A DNA stretch of 64,000 bases from an uncultured delta proteobacterium (GTDB lineage Bacteria; Desulfobacterota; Desulfobacteria; Desulfobacterales; QNYZ01), in assembly GCA_963845145.1 (NCBI GenBank), contig CAWJQU010000004.1, positions 320,001 to 384,000 of the forward strand, given 5' to 3'. The position numbers were made by a program, and so were the translations under genes. The notes under the pieces are model-generated. The model was given only the letters and a program-made list of their open reading frames with translations, made no database searches and had not been told where the DNA came from. Below, one piece after another: positions 18,901-29,801 of the stretch; within the stretch, counting starts at the first letter, position 1; the number at the start of each line of letters is the position of its first letter.

Positions 18901-19228
18901 TGCTGTAAACGGCGAATGACCGGCGGCGGGCCAGCGGCGGGATAAGTACCCCCCGTCGCCTACGTTCGGATTCGCCGTCGTGGAAAAAGCCGAATTCTTC
19001 TCAGGCGAATAAATCCGTGATATTTTAATCGGACCAGTCGGTGGAATATCCTTCTTTTACCCGCCAACGGAACACGCGGCTCGAATCTGAACAGTAAACA
19101 ATAACCGCTTTTTTGCGATGGGGTCTTCCGGTTACCTGCGGTTGTAACCCCGGCAGGGACAGGCATGGTCTAACCGGAATATGTATCCCCCGAATTCCTA
19201 TGGAATCTTGTACAATAAAGGATAATGA

Positions 19229-20443
19229 ATGACAATTCCCAATCTTGAGCGTGCTCTCAATGTTCTTAGAGAAGGCCGCATGATCGTTTTGGTAGATGAC
19301 CCCGACTTTGAAAATGAGGGTTCTTTGATGATGGTGGCAGAGAAGGTGACGCCTTCGGCCGTGGCGTTTATGGCGACCCATGCGCGTGGGCTGGTTTGCC
19401 TTCCCATGGGTGGGGATATGATCGACGCCCTGGGGCTGCCGCCGATGGTGGGAAACAATACGTCGCCCTGGCGGACCGATTTTACCATCTCCATTGAAGC
19501 TCGCTGTGGCGTTACCACCGGTATTTCAGCGGCTGATCGCGCCGCGACGATTCTTACGGCCGTGGCCGATGGTGCCTCACCCACCGATGTGGTTCGACCG
19601 GGGCATATTTTTCCACTGCGGGCCAGAAAAGGCGGGGCTATGTTCAGGGCCGGTGCCGCGGAAGGCGCTGTGGATCTGGCCCACCTGGCCGGATTCAAAC
19701 CGGCGGGCGTGATTTGCAAGATCATGGCCGAAGACGGGTCCATGGCCACCGGTGAGGCTCTGGAGAAATTCAGCCAAGACCACAACCTCGAAGTGGTCAC
19801 CATTTCCGAGCTTATCGCCCACCGTATGCGAACCGAGTCGTTCGTCCATCGTGCGGGTCAGGCCACCTTGCCCATCCACTTCGGTGGAGATTTTGACGTC
19901 ATTGTTTATGAAAACGATATCGATAATTTTCAACACATCGCTCTTGTCAAGGGGGATATCGATTCCGATCAGCCCGTTTTAGTGCGGGTTCATTCCGAAT
20001 GTTTCACCGGCGATCTACTGGGTTCGCTTCGATGCGACTGTGGCTCCCAGATGCATCGTGCCATGGAGATGATGGAACAGGCGGGGGCAGGCGTTCTGCT
20101 CTATATTCGACAGGAAGGACGTGGGATCGGTTTGATCAATAAGCTAAAAGCCTATAATCTGCAGGACCAGGGGATGGATACCGTTGAAGCGAACCAAGAG
20201 CTGGGGTTCAAACCGGACTTGAGGGATTATGGAATCGGGGCCCAGGTGTTGGTTGATTTAGGGGTCCGCAAGATGCGGCTGATTACCAACAATCCCAAAA
20301 AAATTGTGGGCCTCACAGGCTACGGCCTGGAAGTTGCGGAACAGGTACCCATTGAAATCGAGCCCAATGAGTACAATCGGCATTATCTGGAGTGTAAGAA
20401 GTTGAAAATGGGGCACTTGATTGGTTTGGATGTGGAGTGTTGA
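19229..20443 (+). CDS. ribA: RibBA-type fusion: degenerate DHBP synthase domain plus intact GTP cyclohydrolase II
   Basis: RVHSECFTGD, RCDCG, RQEGRGIGL, NKLKAY intact; RibB motifs altered (DDPDFENEGS, RAGAAEG, VICKI). Confidence 0.9.
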   Translation: MTIPNLERALNVLREGRMIVLVDDPDFENEGSLMMVAEKVTPSAVAFMATHARGLVCLPMGGDMIDALGLPPMVGNNTSPWRTDFTISIEARCGVTTGISAADRAATILTAVADGASPTDVVRPGHIFPLRARKGGAMFRAGAAEGAVDLAHLAGFKPAGVICKIMAEDGSMATGEALEKFSQDHNLEVVTISELIAHRMRTESFVHRAGQATLPIHFGGDFDVIVYENDIDNFQHIALVKGDIDSDQPVLVRVHSECFTGDLLGSLRCDCGSQMHRAMEMMEQAGAGVLLYIRQEGRGIGLINKLKAYNLQDQGMDTVEANQELGFKPDLRDYGIGAQVLVDLGVRKMRLITNNPKKIVGLTGYGLEVAEQVPIEIEPNEYNRHYLECKKLKMGHLIGLDVEC

Positions 20444-20444
20444 T

Positions 20445-20483
20445 CCGTTAGCCCGTTAGCCCGTTAGCCCGTTAACCCGTTAG
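20445..20483. repeat. 8-bp tandem repeat (CCGTTAGC) x5
   Basis: ccgttagc ccgttagc ccgttagc ccgttaac ccgttag directly after the stop codon. Confidence 0.9.
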
Positions 20484-20618
20484 ATAGTCAAACAGTCAGC
20501 CCGGCGGGGCGGCCAGTGGCAGGTAAATGGTAGCCAATAAGCTGATTAGCGGTTGAGCTTTGCTATGCTGTTTTGGTAATCTTTCTTTCCGAAATCATTC
20601 GTATTGAGGAGGTTCTCG

Positions 20619-21851
20619 ATGCCCACAAGTCGCTTTGAGGAGATGTTGATCGGGAAACTGGGGCAAATGGATGCCCAGGGTGGGTTAAAAGGGCGTGAAA
20701 AGGTCATCATAGCCGTGCGTCCGCCTGAGGGCGGTATGGGGCCGCGATACGTTATCGAGGGGTACGACAAAGCTTTTTTGCGTATGAACGCCAACGCCTA
20801 TCTGGGCCTGGGGCGTGATGACGGGCTGATTGCCGCTGAAGAGGCGGCGGTGCGTAAGTATGGCACCGGGCCGGGGGCGGTGCGGTTTATCAGTGGGACA
20901 TATAAACCGCATGTGGAATTGGAAAAACGTCTGGCCCGTTTTCATAAGCGTGAGGCGGCCATGATTTTCAGCTCCGCCTACGCCACCATTATGGGGTTGC
21001 TGCCGTCGTTAATCGATTCCGATACGGCAGTGATCAGCGACGCCCTCAATCACAATTGTATCATTAATGCCGTTCGACTCTCCCGTCCTAAGACCAAAGG
21101 GATCTATGCCCATCTGGATATGCAAGAACTCGAAGCTCAGATCCAGGCGGCGATCGGTGTGGCCCAACGGGTGCTTATCGTGACGGACGGCATTTTCAGT
21201 ATGCGGGGGGATTATGCCCCGCTGGATGCCGTTGTCGACCTGGCGTCCCGCTACGACTCGAAGTTTGGCTGTGGGGTGGTGACGGTGGTGGATGATTCCC
21301 ACGGGGTGGGTGCCTTTGGGAAAACCGGACGGGGTACCCTTGAGTACACCGGCGCCCAGGGGGTCGATATTTTGGTGGCGACCCTGGGAAAAGCCTTTGG
21401 TGTCAATGGCGGATATCTCGTGGCTTCAGCCCATGTGGTGAATTATTTAAGAGAAACCGCCCCCTTTTACATCTATTCCAATCCTATAACGCCGGGTGAA
21501 GCCGAAGCGGCGATCAAGGCCCTGGATGTGATCGACAGTCCCGATGGTCAAAGGCGTCTTGCGCACTTGCGAACCCTGACAAATCGATTTGAACAAGGGT
21601 TGATTGGCCTGGGGTTTGAGGTGATCAGCAGTGAGCATCCGGTAGTTCCCCTGATGATTCGGGACGGTGCGAAAACCAAGGCCATCGTGGCGCACCTGGT
21701 GGCTCAGGGCATTCTCGCCACGGGTCTGAGTTATCCTGTCGTTCCCAAGGGCGATGAGGAGATCCGCTTTCAGGTATCCGCGGAGCATACTCAGGCGGAT
21801 ATCGATTATGTGCTTGATGTATTAAGAAGGTATCAGCAAGGCACCGGTTAG
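20619..21851 (+). CDS. PLP-dependent alpha-oxoamine synthase (Kbl/BioF family; glycine C-acetyltransferase-like)
   Basis: NAYLGL, AVRFISGT, SDALNHNCII, DGIFSM, VDDSHG, TLGKAFG, YPVVPKG. Confidence 0.85.
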   Translation: MPTSRFEEMLIGKLGQMDAQGGLKGREKVIIAVRPPEGGMGPRYVIEGYDKAFLRMNANAYLGLGRDDGLIAAEEAAVRKYGTGPGAVRFISGTYKPHVELEKRLARFHKREAAMIFSSAYATIMGLLPSLIDSDTAVISDALNHNCIINAVRLSRPKTKGIYAHLDMQELEAQIQAAIGVAQRVLIVTDGIFSMRGDYAPLDAVVDLASRYDSKFGCGVVTVVDDSHGVGAFGKTGRGTLEYTGAQGVDILVATLGKAFGVNGGYLVASAHVVNYLRETAPFYIYSNPITPGEAEAAIKALDVIDSPDGQRRLAHLRTLTNRFEQGLIGLGFEVISSEHPVVPLMIRDGAKTKAIVAHLVAQGILATGLSYPVVPKGDEEIRFQVSAEHTQADIDYVLDVLRRYQQGTG

Positions 21852-21998
21852 GGCCTCATCAGAGACTTCCATTGGAGTAAGGGGCGGGGCGCAAATAGTC
21901 CTTTGCCCGTCATTATTTTTCTTCTGAAAAATATCTGTCCATTCCAATTATTATCGGCAGCAGGTGTTTCTATTCATGGCAAGGGGTTGCCAGTGGAC

Positions 21999-23441
21999 CT
22001 ATTTGTCAGGCGCCGTCTCCCTCAGCAAACGCTGCTTCATATCAAACAGGGATTTGGAAAGGCTGATATGGTAGGTATGGGGATTGTAAAACCGCTTGTA
22101 AGCGCCATCCAGGCGTTCGAGATTGCGTAGCGTCTTTTTTCGAATATCATCCACCGGAGGACTGTTGTATACGCACTCCCCATTTTGAAAAACGGGGACC
22201 ATGAGCTCTTTGGCTTTGAACGTTTCCGGATATATTTTTGAAATATGAGACAACATAGGATGGTATACACGAAATGCTTCCCCACTAGGAATTTTTTCTT
22301 CGTTCATTAAGATGACGTCACCCCGCATTCGATTTTTTTGATCATAGATTCGGACCAGCTTCTTAAAACCGGGGTTGGTGATCTTTTCGGTATTATCCGA
22401 ACGTTTGATTTTGGGGGTCATTCGGTTCCCATTTTCATCTAAGGCGGTTAATTTATAAACGCCCGATAGGGCGGGCCAGGAGAATGAGGTGATCAGGCGG
22501 GTTCCGATCCCCCAGATATCAATCTTGGCTTTTTGCCGCTTGAGGCTGACAATGATCTTTTCATCCAAATCGCCCGAGGCCACAATTTTAGCATTGGGAA
22601 AGCCGGCTTCATCAAGCATCTTACGGGCTTTTTTGCTAAGATAGGCCAGGTCGCCACTGTCAAGACGAATGCCGAGGATCTCATGGCCCTTGTCACGCAG
22701 CTCTTCAGCCACCCGGATGGCATTGGGAATCCCGCTTTTAAGTGTATCGTATGTGTCCACCAGCAAAACAGAGGTGTCGGGATAGATATCCGCATAGGCG
22801 CGAAAAGCGGTCAGCTCATCTGGAAAACTTTCAATCCAGGAATGGGCGTGGGTTCCTCGAATCGGGATGTCAAAAAACCGCCCGGCCAGGACATTGGATG
22901 TGGCGTCTACGCCACCGATATAAGCGGCGCGGGAGCCCATTAGGGCGCCATCAGGGCCATGGGCTCGGCGCAGACCGAAGTCAATGACCGGATCTTTGTG
23001 AGCGGCCATTCGAATTCGGGCAGCCTTGGTAGCCAAAAGGGTTTGAAAGTTCATCATGTTCAGCAGGGCACTTTCGATGAACTGGGCTTCGGGTAGCGGG
23101 GCATTTACCCGCAGCAACGGTTCATGGGGAAAAATCACGGTTCCTTCAGGGATCGCCCATATATCGCCGGTGAAACGAAATGATTCAAAATAGGAGAGCA
23201 CGTCATCGGAGAAAATGCCCAGAGATCTTAGGTAGGCGATATCTTCTTTCTGGAAATGCAGTTGCTGAATGTACTTGATCAAGTCGTCCAGACCAGCCAA
23301 AACACAGTATCCGCCATTGTCCGGTACTGTTCGAAAAAAGTAGTCGAAATTGGCCTGTTGCACCTGCTTGCCCGACTGAATATATCCCCCCACCATGGTG
23401 AGTTGGTATAGATCTGTTAACAGCGCTTGCTGTAATCGCAT
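21999..23441 (-). CDS. pncB: Nicotinate phosphoribosyltransferase
   Basis: [44 protein letters not shown]. Confidence 0.95.
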   Translation of the reverse strand: MRLQQALLTDLYQLTMVGGYIQSGKQVQQANFDYFFRTVPDNGGYCVLAGLDDLIKYIQQLHFQKEDIAYLRSLGIFSDDVLSYFESFRFTGDIWAIPEGTVIFPHEPLLRVNAPLPEAQFIESALLNMMNFQTLLATKAARIRMAAHKDPVIDFGLRRAHGPDGALMGSRAAYIGGVDATSNVLAGRFFDIPIRGTHAHSWIESFPDELTAFRAYADIYPDTSVLLVDTYDTLKSGIPNAIRVAEELRDKGHEILGIRLDSGDLAYLSKKARKMLDEAGFPNAKIVASGDLDEKIIVSLKRQKAKIDIWGIGTRLITSFSWPALSGVYKLTALDENGNRMTPKIKRSDNTEKITNPGFKKLVRIYDQKNRMRGDVILMNEEKIPSGEAFRVYHPMLSHISKIYPETFKAKELMVPVFQNGECVYNSPPVDDIRKKTLRNLERLDGAYKRFYNPHTYHISLSKSLFDMKQRLLRETAPDK

Positions 23442-23789
23442 GATGATGTCCTTTTCGTTTTGGCCGGAGATTTAATGAGACCCCAATACACACGCTCTGT
23501 GTGGAAGTGTTTAAGTGTGTTTTTACCGATTCTATCATTATAAAATAAACGGAGAATATCGGGCAGGCTTTCAAGCCGACCCGGTTCCCCCACGGTGGTT
23601 GACGGCCGGCTTGACGAAAGCCAAACCAATTGATATCGCATTACTTGTAAAATCAAAATATTAACGTATTATTGCGAATCAAAAACTGTCAAAACCAAAA
23701 TAATAACGTAGCATAGAAATCCGATATTCGCCAGATAATCAAGCAGATAATCAAGCGGTCTACTAGCGGGTATCAATAAGGATGGTTCA

Positions 23790-24998
23790 ATGAAATGGAA
23801 ACAACATCATGCCGGCCGGATTGCCTCTTTGGCACCCTCGGTCGCCATTGCCGATCTTTTAAAATTGGCTGAACAACCGGATGTGATCTCTTTTGCCGGC
23901 GGGTTACCCGACCCAAAAATATTTCAAATGGAAGCGATTCGGGCTGCCATGGATCGGGTAATGAGTGAGGATGGTCAGGCGGCACTTAATTATGGACCGT
24001 CGGCCGGGTATACACCTCTTCGAGAATGGATTGCCATGCGAATGCAAGCCAAGGAGCGGGTTGCCCTGGGTTTTGAAGACATCCTGGTAACCTCCGGTGG
24101 CGTGGAAGCCCTTCATTTGCTCTGTTTGGCATTGTTGGAGCCGGGGGATACCGTGATTGTCGGTGCCCCCACCTACCTGGTAGCCCTGCATGTTTTTAGG
24201 GCGCACCAGATCAACATGGTGTCAGTCGAACTAGACGAAAACGGGCTTGATACCGCCGTGTTGGAAGCACGGTTATACGAATTGGAACAGCAGGGAAAGC
24301 GGCCCAAATTGCTTTACGTCATTCCCTCTTTTCAAAACCCATCGGGAATTACCATGAGTAAGGCCCGGCGCCAAGAACTGGTTGAGATTTGTGAACGCTA
24401 TGACCTGCCGATCATTGAAGACCATGCCTACGCGGATCTTCGTTTTGAGGGCGAACCGATTACGGCGTTAAAAGCATTGGCTCCCGACAGGGTCATTCTC
24501 ATCCAGACGTTTTCCAAGATTTTTGCCCCCGGCGTTCGATTGGGATGGGTCGCCACGGATGCCGATTTGATTGAGAGCCTGGCGTTGTGTAAAATTGGTA
24601 CCGATTCATGTGCCAATACACTGGGGCAGCGCCTCGTTTACCAATTTGCCCGTGAGGGGGGGATTGATAAACAAGTACTATCGGCCAGCCAACACTACCG
24701 CCGCAAACGGGATCTCCTGCTGGCTGCTCTTGGCACCCATCTGTCTGGGATTGCCACCTGGCGACGGCCGGAGGGCGGGTTCTATGTTTGGCTGACCCTG
24801 CCCGAAGCTTTCAATAGCGAAATTCTTTTGCAGGCTGCCATCGAAAAGGAGAAGACGGCTTTTGTGGCAGGCCCGATCTTTTTCGCGGATAATAGCGGGG
24901 CGCGGCACCTGCGCTTGTCCTATAGTTTTGTTGACGAAGGACAAATTGAAGAAGGAATCCATCGGTTGGCAAGAACCATTCAGTCGTATTCAGCATGA
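23790..24998 (+). CDS. PLP-dependent aminotransferase class I (LysN/2-aminoadipate transaminase-like)
   Basis: ISFAGGLPDP, FQNPSG, IIEDHAY, TFSKIFAPGVRLGW, LRLSYS. Confidence 0.9.
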   Translation: MKWKQHHAGRIASLAPSVAIADLLKLAEQPDVISFAGGLPDPKIFQMEAIRAAMDRVMSEDGQAALNYGPSAGYTPLREWIAMRMQAKERVALGFEDILVTSGGVEALHLLCLALLEPGDTVIVGAPTYLVALHVFRAHQINMVSVELDENGLDTAVLEARLYELEQQGKRPKLLYVIPSFQNPSGITMSKARRQELVEICERYDLPIIEDHAYADLRFEGEPITALKALAPDRVILIQTFSKIFAPGVRLGWVATDADLIESLALCKIGTDSCANTLGQRLVYQFAREGGIDKQVLSASQHYRRKRDLLLAALGTHLSGIATWRRPEGGFYVWLTLPEAFNSEILLQAAIEKEKTAFVAGPIFFADNSGARHLRLSYSFVDEGQIEEGIHRLARTIQSYSA

Positions 24999-25020
24999 TC
25001 GGTTCATTTAGGAAAGTATA

Positions 25021-26301
25021 ATGGCCCACATCGTTTCCCAGTCGGCTTATCAGCGTCTTACCGAGCGTATCAACCGGTTTCCACAGGGTGCGCCGCCATC
25101 CAAACTACTTATCAAAATACTCAAAGTTCTCTTCGACCAAAAAGAAGCCGAGTTGGTTTCACGACTACCCATTCGGCCGTTTAAGGTTAAGCGGGCTGCG
25201 GGGATCTGGCAACTGTCGGAAATGGAAACGCGCAAAATTCTCGACCGGTTGGCGGAAAAAGCCCTGCTGGTGGATTTTGAAATTGACGGTGAGATGCAAT
25301 ACGCGCTGCCGCCGCCTATGGCGGGCTTTTTCGAGTTTTCCATGATGCGTGTCCGCAAGGATATCAACCAGAAATTGTTGGCCGAGTTGTTTTACGAATA
25401 TTTGAATGTGGAAGAAGATTTTATCAAGGCCCTCTTTACCCAGGGTGACACGCAGCTTGGGCGGACTTTTGTGAACGAGCCGGTCTTGTCTTCTGAAAAT
25501 GCCTTGGTTGTGTTGGACTATGAACGGGCTAGCGAAGTAATCAAAAGCGCCTCCCATCGGGGGGTTGGCATGTGCTACTGTCGGCACAAGATGCTGCACA
25601 TGGAGCGGGAATGTAACGCGCCCATGAACATTTGTATGACGTTTAATGTCTCGGCGGAGTCGCTGATACGCCATGGACATGCCCGTTCCGTGTCTGTGGG
25701 CGAAGGTTTGGAACTTTTGGCCAGGGCCCGGGAGAACAATCTGGTCCAGTTTGGTGAAAACGTGCGGCAAGGCGTCAATTTTATCTGTAATTGCTGCGGG
25801 TGTTGCTGCGAGGCGATGATTGCCGCCCGCCGATTTGCCGTGATGCATCCCATCCACACGACCCATTTTCTGCCCGAGGTGAACCAGCCTACTTGTAGCG
25901 GTTGTGGTAAATGCGTAATCTTGTGTCCGGTGGAAGCGATGACGATCGTCTCGGCCAATGATCCCAAACATCCTCGACGCAAGGTGGCCCGAGTAGATAA
26001 CATGCGTTGTCTGGGTTGCGGCGTATGTCTTGCCGGATGCACCAAAACGTCCAGCCTGTCGTTGAAACGCCGCTCTCAGCGGGTGATCACGCCGCTAAAC
26101 GCGACTCACCGGGCGGTGATGATGGCGGTAGAGCGAGGCAAACTTCAAAACCTTATTTTTGACAACCAGGTGTTGCGGCATCATCGTGCTCTGGCAGCGG
26201 TATTGGGCGCTATTTTACGTTTGCCGCCGGTGGCGCGGGTACTGGCCACCGACCAGGTAAAATCCCGTTACCTCGAGACGTTGATCGACCGGTTTGCGTG
26301 A
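25021..26301 (+). CDS. 4Fe-4S cluster-binding protein
   Basis: CYCRH, ICNCCGCCC, CSGCGKCVILCP, CLGCGVCLAGC. Confidence 0.85.
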   Translation: MAHIVSQSAYQRLTERINRFPQGAPPSKLLIKILKVLFDQKEAELVSRLPIRPFKVKRAAGIWQLSEMETRKILDRLAEKALLVDFEIDGEMQYALPPPMAGFFEFSMMRVRKDINQKLLAELFYEYLNVEEDFIKALFTQGDTQLGRTFVNEPVLSSENALVVLDYERASEVIKSASHRGVGMCYCRHKMLHMERECNAPMNICMTFNVSAESLIRHGHARSVSVGEGLELLARARENNLVQFGENVRQGVNFICNCCGCCCEAMIAARRFAVMHPIHTTHFLPEVNQPTCSGCGKCVILCPVEAMTIVSANDPKHPRRKVARVDNMRCLGCGVCLAGCTKTSSLSLKRRSQRVITPLNATHRAVMMAVERGKLQNLIFDNQVLRHHRALAAVLGAILRLPPVARVLATDQVKSRYLETLIDRFA

Positions 26302-26405
26302 ATGCCGCTGCTGGTCGGTTTATGGGAGAAAGCTTTTTCCCTTGACCCCTCAGCCCCTTCTATCTTTGAAACCTGATTTTTTTAAAGCATTTCTCGTTTG
26401 ACCCT

Positions 26406-28193
26406 TTACACCCAATAGAGTGCCCTGGACAATCTCCGACGATCCAAAGTGGCTGTGGGCCGCAGACGCAGTTCGATTTCCCTGCCATCCACGACCAGGC
26501 GTCTTAACTCGGTGGTTAATACGCGCAAACGATCATAGGTGATCAGATCCATATGTTGCTTTCTTGAAAGAGGGCGGCGGTAAGAACCGGTAGGTATGGG
26601 AGGACGTGTTTTGATGTCGAGAGATGTTCGGTTCGTTACACTCCCTTTTCTCAACACCAATAGAAACTTACGGCCATCTCCGGCCAATGGGGATGTCCAG
26701 GCCAGAGAGGACTCGCTGAGCAAGCAAAACCAGCGTGCGCGACGGATCAGATGGGCCGATTTGCGAATGACATGTTCAATAGCCTGACTGACCCGTTCCG
26801 GATTCCATCCATTCGACGCTTCTTCGGCCCCAGGTTTTTCGGTGGTGCTAATATCCGCTTCGCCGGGCTCTTCTTGGTCACGCTGTTCAATTTGTTCGCG
26901 CCAAAAGCGTGCCCCCAAGCCCGTCAGGACGCTCAATGGATGACTCGGGCCCTTCTGTTTTAAGGCATGCCGATACCGATCCAAAAAAAGGCCGATACCC
27001 TCGTGCAGACAATCTTTTTCAGGGGCATAATCCTTCGGAATGGCGAGCAAGGCGCCGGCTGTTGCTTCAAACGCAGGATTTTCATTTTTAAAGTCACTTT
27101 TCAACAGGCTTCCAAATGCGGTCATTGCCGTTGTTAATGGTCCCGAAGGCAGGGGACCGATCGGATGGTGGATATCCGACGTGTTAACAAACCGTTGAAA
27201 GCCCTGACCGGTAAAAACAAGCCGGCGCCGGCCTCGCCGCAAGGCTACGTTATACGGTGGCGATTGATTTTTAATTTCGTCGGTTTCCAAAAGGGCGGCT
27301 TCCAGCGCCGAGTCAGTGACGGTGAAATCAAGTCTGTAGGCCTGCGTCAACATTTCCAGGATATGTTCTGACAAAGCGCTGCGGGGGCGGAAATAGCTGT
27401 TGACCCGCTTTTTGAGCGACGCGGCTTTACCGATATAGAGCACATCGGCGTTTGTCCGTAACATGCGATAAATTCCCGGTTGGTCAGGTACCCGTTGCTT
27501 ATCGCCACTATCCATGGGATACGCGCGGTTCCGGCTTTTGGCGGGGGGCGGGCTTTGCATCCACACAACGAGATCATCCATGGTCCGAATGTGCTGTTTC
27601 TGTGCCAACAATGAAACCAATTGTCGCCAGATCCAAGCCGTGGCGCGGGCATGATCGGCGCTTCGTTTTCTCTCCGGCAAGGAATAGCCAAAAAATCCGG
27701 CAACCGCGCGCAACCCCTTGCGGGGCAAGTCCGGCAATAACCGCCTAACGATTTCATGGGTGCATATAATTTGGAATATGGACCCGTAAGGGCGATAAAT
27801 ATTGGGTGAAGAATCATTGCCCGATATGAAATCGTGTAGAAAAGGCTTTTCAAAACGGGCAAAATGGATCACCGTCGGGCATTTTGCGGACTGGTTGGCA
27901 GCCATAACCCGCTCGACGACACGGTAAAGTTTTTGACGGACGTCACCCCTTTCTAAACCATCCATGAGATCATCCTGAGTAATGCCGGTGATCCTTTGAA
28001 TCGGTCGGGCCAATTCTTGTTGGTTGTGGGATTTGAACAAAAAGGCGCAAACTTTGGGTTCATTGGGGCCTTGAATGTCGCTGGCTGTTGTTTCAACCCA
28101 GCCGATTTCCAACATCCTGCCTTTGTCCGGGGTTGCCCCGGTTGTCTGGCAATCCAGGGCCAGGACATTTAGCTTGTCAAGCGAAGTGATCAT
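26406..28193 (-). CDS. DnaQ-like exonuclease domain fused to UvrC/Cho-type GIY-YIG nuclease
   Basis: LALDCQTTG...EIG, ITGIT, HFARFE; PGIYRM...LYIGKA..LKKRVNSYF...ALLETDEIK...PPYN. Confidence 0.85.
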   Translation of the reverse strand: MITSLDKLNVLALDCQTTGATPDKGRMLEIGWVETTASDIQGPNEPKVCAFLFKSHNQQELARPIQRITGITQDDLMDGLERGDVRQKLYRVVERVMAANQSAKCPTVIHFARFEKPFLHDFISGNDSSPNIYRPYGSIFQIICTHEIVRRLLPDLPRKGLRAVAGFFGYSLPERKRSADHARATAWIWRQLVSLLAQKQHIRTMDDLVVWMQSPPPAKSRNRAYPMDSGDKQRVPDQPGIYRMLRTNADVLYIGKAASLKKRVNSYFRPRSALSEHILEMLTQAYRLDFTVTDSALEAALLETDEIKNQSPPYNVALRRGRRRLVFTGQGFQRFVNTSDIHHPIGPLPSGPLTTAMTAFGSLLKSDFKNENPAFEATAGALLAIPKDYAPEKDCLHEGIGLFLDRYRHALKQKGPSHPLSVLTGLGARFWREQIEQRDQEEPGEADISTTEKPGAEEASNGWNPERVSQAIEHVIRKSAHLIRRARWFCLLSESSLAWTSPLAGDGRKFLLVLRKGSVTNRTSLDIKTRPPIPTGSYRRPLSRKQHMDLITYDRLRVLTTELRRLVVDGREIELRLRPTATLDRRRLSRALYWV

Positions 28194-28312
28194 TGTTTCT
28201 CACGCCATTGGTTGCTCACACTGGTCAATAAAATCAGGATATGTTAGAAAAGTCTAAAAATGTAACCTTGTATTGTAACACCGGGTGTTCGCCAAGCCTA
28301 TTTTAAATACTT

Positions 28313-29005
28313 ATGCATCTTAATTGCCGCCATATTTCGTATAAATATCCGGGCAGCGTCAATGACGTTTTCAGGAACCTTTCCCTGGATATCGAAAAAC
28401 CGGGCCTTCACGCCCTGTTTGGACCATCGGGTGTCGGCAAGACATCCCTGGCCAAAATAATCACCGGTGACATGACCGGCTACACCGGGGAGGTCCATGC
28501 GGACGGCATGGACACCCTGCTTTATTCCTACAACACGGAAAGGCTTCCTGGTTGGTCAGGTGTCGGAAACCATCTGGACAAAATCACGGCGGAGAAGCAT
28601 CGATCAAAAAGAGAGGTGTTGACCGACATTTTCGGGGTGAATGACCATTTGGATTCGCGATTTTCACAACTATCCCTTGGCCAGCAAAACCGTGTCAACC
28701 TGTTGCGGTACCTTCTTCAGGATTTCCAGTTGTTAATCATGGATGAAAGCCTCGCAAATGTCGATGAACGCACGCGTGAGAAAATCCTCTTGTGTATGAA
28801 GGATATGTTTCCCGATGTCATTTTTCTATATATTTCCCACAACCTGGTTGAGGTTTCAAAATTTTGCGATCAAATCATTGTATTTCGGGATGTTCACAAA
28901 CAACCTCAAACAACGCTTGTCAACGGCCAAAACCATCGGAACGGTTATCCTGCAAGCAAGGACGGTTTAGAAACAACCATGTTGGAGATCATGAATGTTT
29001 CTTAG
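28313..29005 (+). CDS. ABC transporter ATP-binding protein
   Basis: GPSGVGKT, LSLGQ, LLIMDE, ISH. Confidence 0.9.
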   Translation: MHLNCRHISYKYPGSVNDVFRNLSLDIEKPGLHALFGPSGVGKTSLAKIITGDMTGYTGEVHADGMDTLLYSYNTERLPGWSGVGNHLDKITAEKHRSKREVLTDIFGVNDHLDSRFSQLSLGQQNRVNLLRYLLQDFQLLIMDESLANVDERTREKILLCMKDMFPDVIFLYISHNLVEVSKFCDQIIVFRDVHKQPQTTLVNGQNHRNGYPASKDGLETTMLEIMNVS

Positions 29006-29744
29006 AAGGATCTATCAATTTCTGATTTTCTACTTTTTAGGGCTTTTCATCCTTGAGTTGCTTAAATACGCACTGAATCTTTCCGACTACGTGATTCCCA
29101 GCCCCGCCAACCTGATTGAGACCGGCAGGCAGGTTTATGCTCGATATTTTTCCCATGTCCTCAACACGCTTTCCGTCGCAATTATCGGGCAGGTGATTTC
29201 CATCTGTCTGGCGCTGATCGTCGGGGTTGCCGGACGGCGAACCACCTGGTTCGGCTCTTTTATAAAAGCGGCGGCATATAATATTCAAGCCTATCCGATC
29301 GTGGCCATCGCGCCGATCATTTTTATCTTACTGGGTGATGGATTTACATCAAGATTGCTGATTGCCGCCATGATCTGTTATTTCCCAATCCTATTGTCGG
29401 TACTCGGTATCATGTCCGAGCCGGTATCCGATATCGAGCATTTTTACCGTGTAACCAATCGTATGCGTTGGCAATTAGAGGTTAAGATCCGCGCATTCGA
29501 AAATTTGCATAAATTGACCACGGTGATCGCCGGGAGTGCGACTCTGGCAGTGGCCGGAACGATTGTCGCCGAATTTATTGCGGCCAATGCCGGCATTGGA
29601 TACAGTATTCGCATCGCCTTGTATCAAAGTGATCTTTCGAAAATTTTAATCGCCCTGTTTCTCATCGGGATCTCTTTGTCCGTCTATCAGGGAGCTCTGG
29701 AGGTGACCGGTGCGCGGATAAAAAAGACATGGGCGGGCATGTAA
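28995..29744 (+). CDS. ABC transporter permease (SsuC/TauC type)
   Basis: Multiple TM helices; PIVAIAP, IVAEFIAANAGIG. Confidence 0.9.
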   Translation: MFLRRIYQFLIFYFLGLFILELLKYALNLSDYVIPSPANLIETGRQVYARYFSHVLNTLSVAIIGQVISICLALIVGVAGRRTTWFGSFIKAAAYNIQAYPIVAIAPIIFILLGDGFTSRLLIAAMICYFPILLSVLGIMSEPVSDIEHFYRVTNRMRWQLEVKIRAFENLHKLTTVIAGSATLAVAGTIVAEFIAANAGIGYSIRIALYQSDLSKILIALFLIGISLSVYQGALEVTGARIKKTWAGM

Positions 29745-29801
29745 AAATCAATACGCCAATCAAGCACCGTTAGGGTATACAACGCATAAGGTGGTAAAAC
29801 C

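Noticed and set aside
18901..19228. FMN riboswitch upstream of ribBA
   Set aside because: TTCTCAGG is present, but the conserved GGGCGGGGTGAAATTCCC...CCGAC...AGTCxGGATG pattern is not.
20445..20483. CRISPR array at this or the other tandem repeats
   Set aside because: Units are 8-24 bp and contiguous with no unique spacers; no cas genes in the window.
25165..25971. Long antisense ORFs (this 268-aa one and similar ones at 19198, 54054, 62154)
   Set aside because: They are shadows of well-supported genes on the opposite strand, with no motifs of their own.
28194..28312. TPP riboswitch before the NMT1/THI5-type ABC operon
   Set aside because: No CTGAGA...ACCTG core in this short intergenic region; the substrate cannot be assigned.
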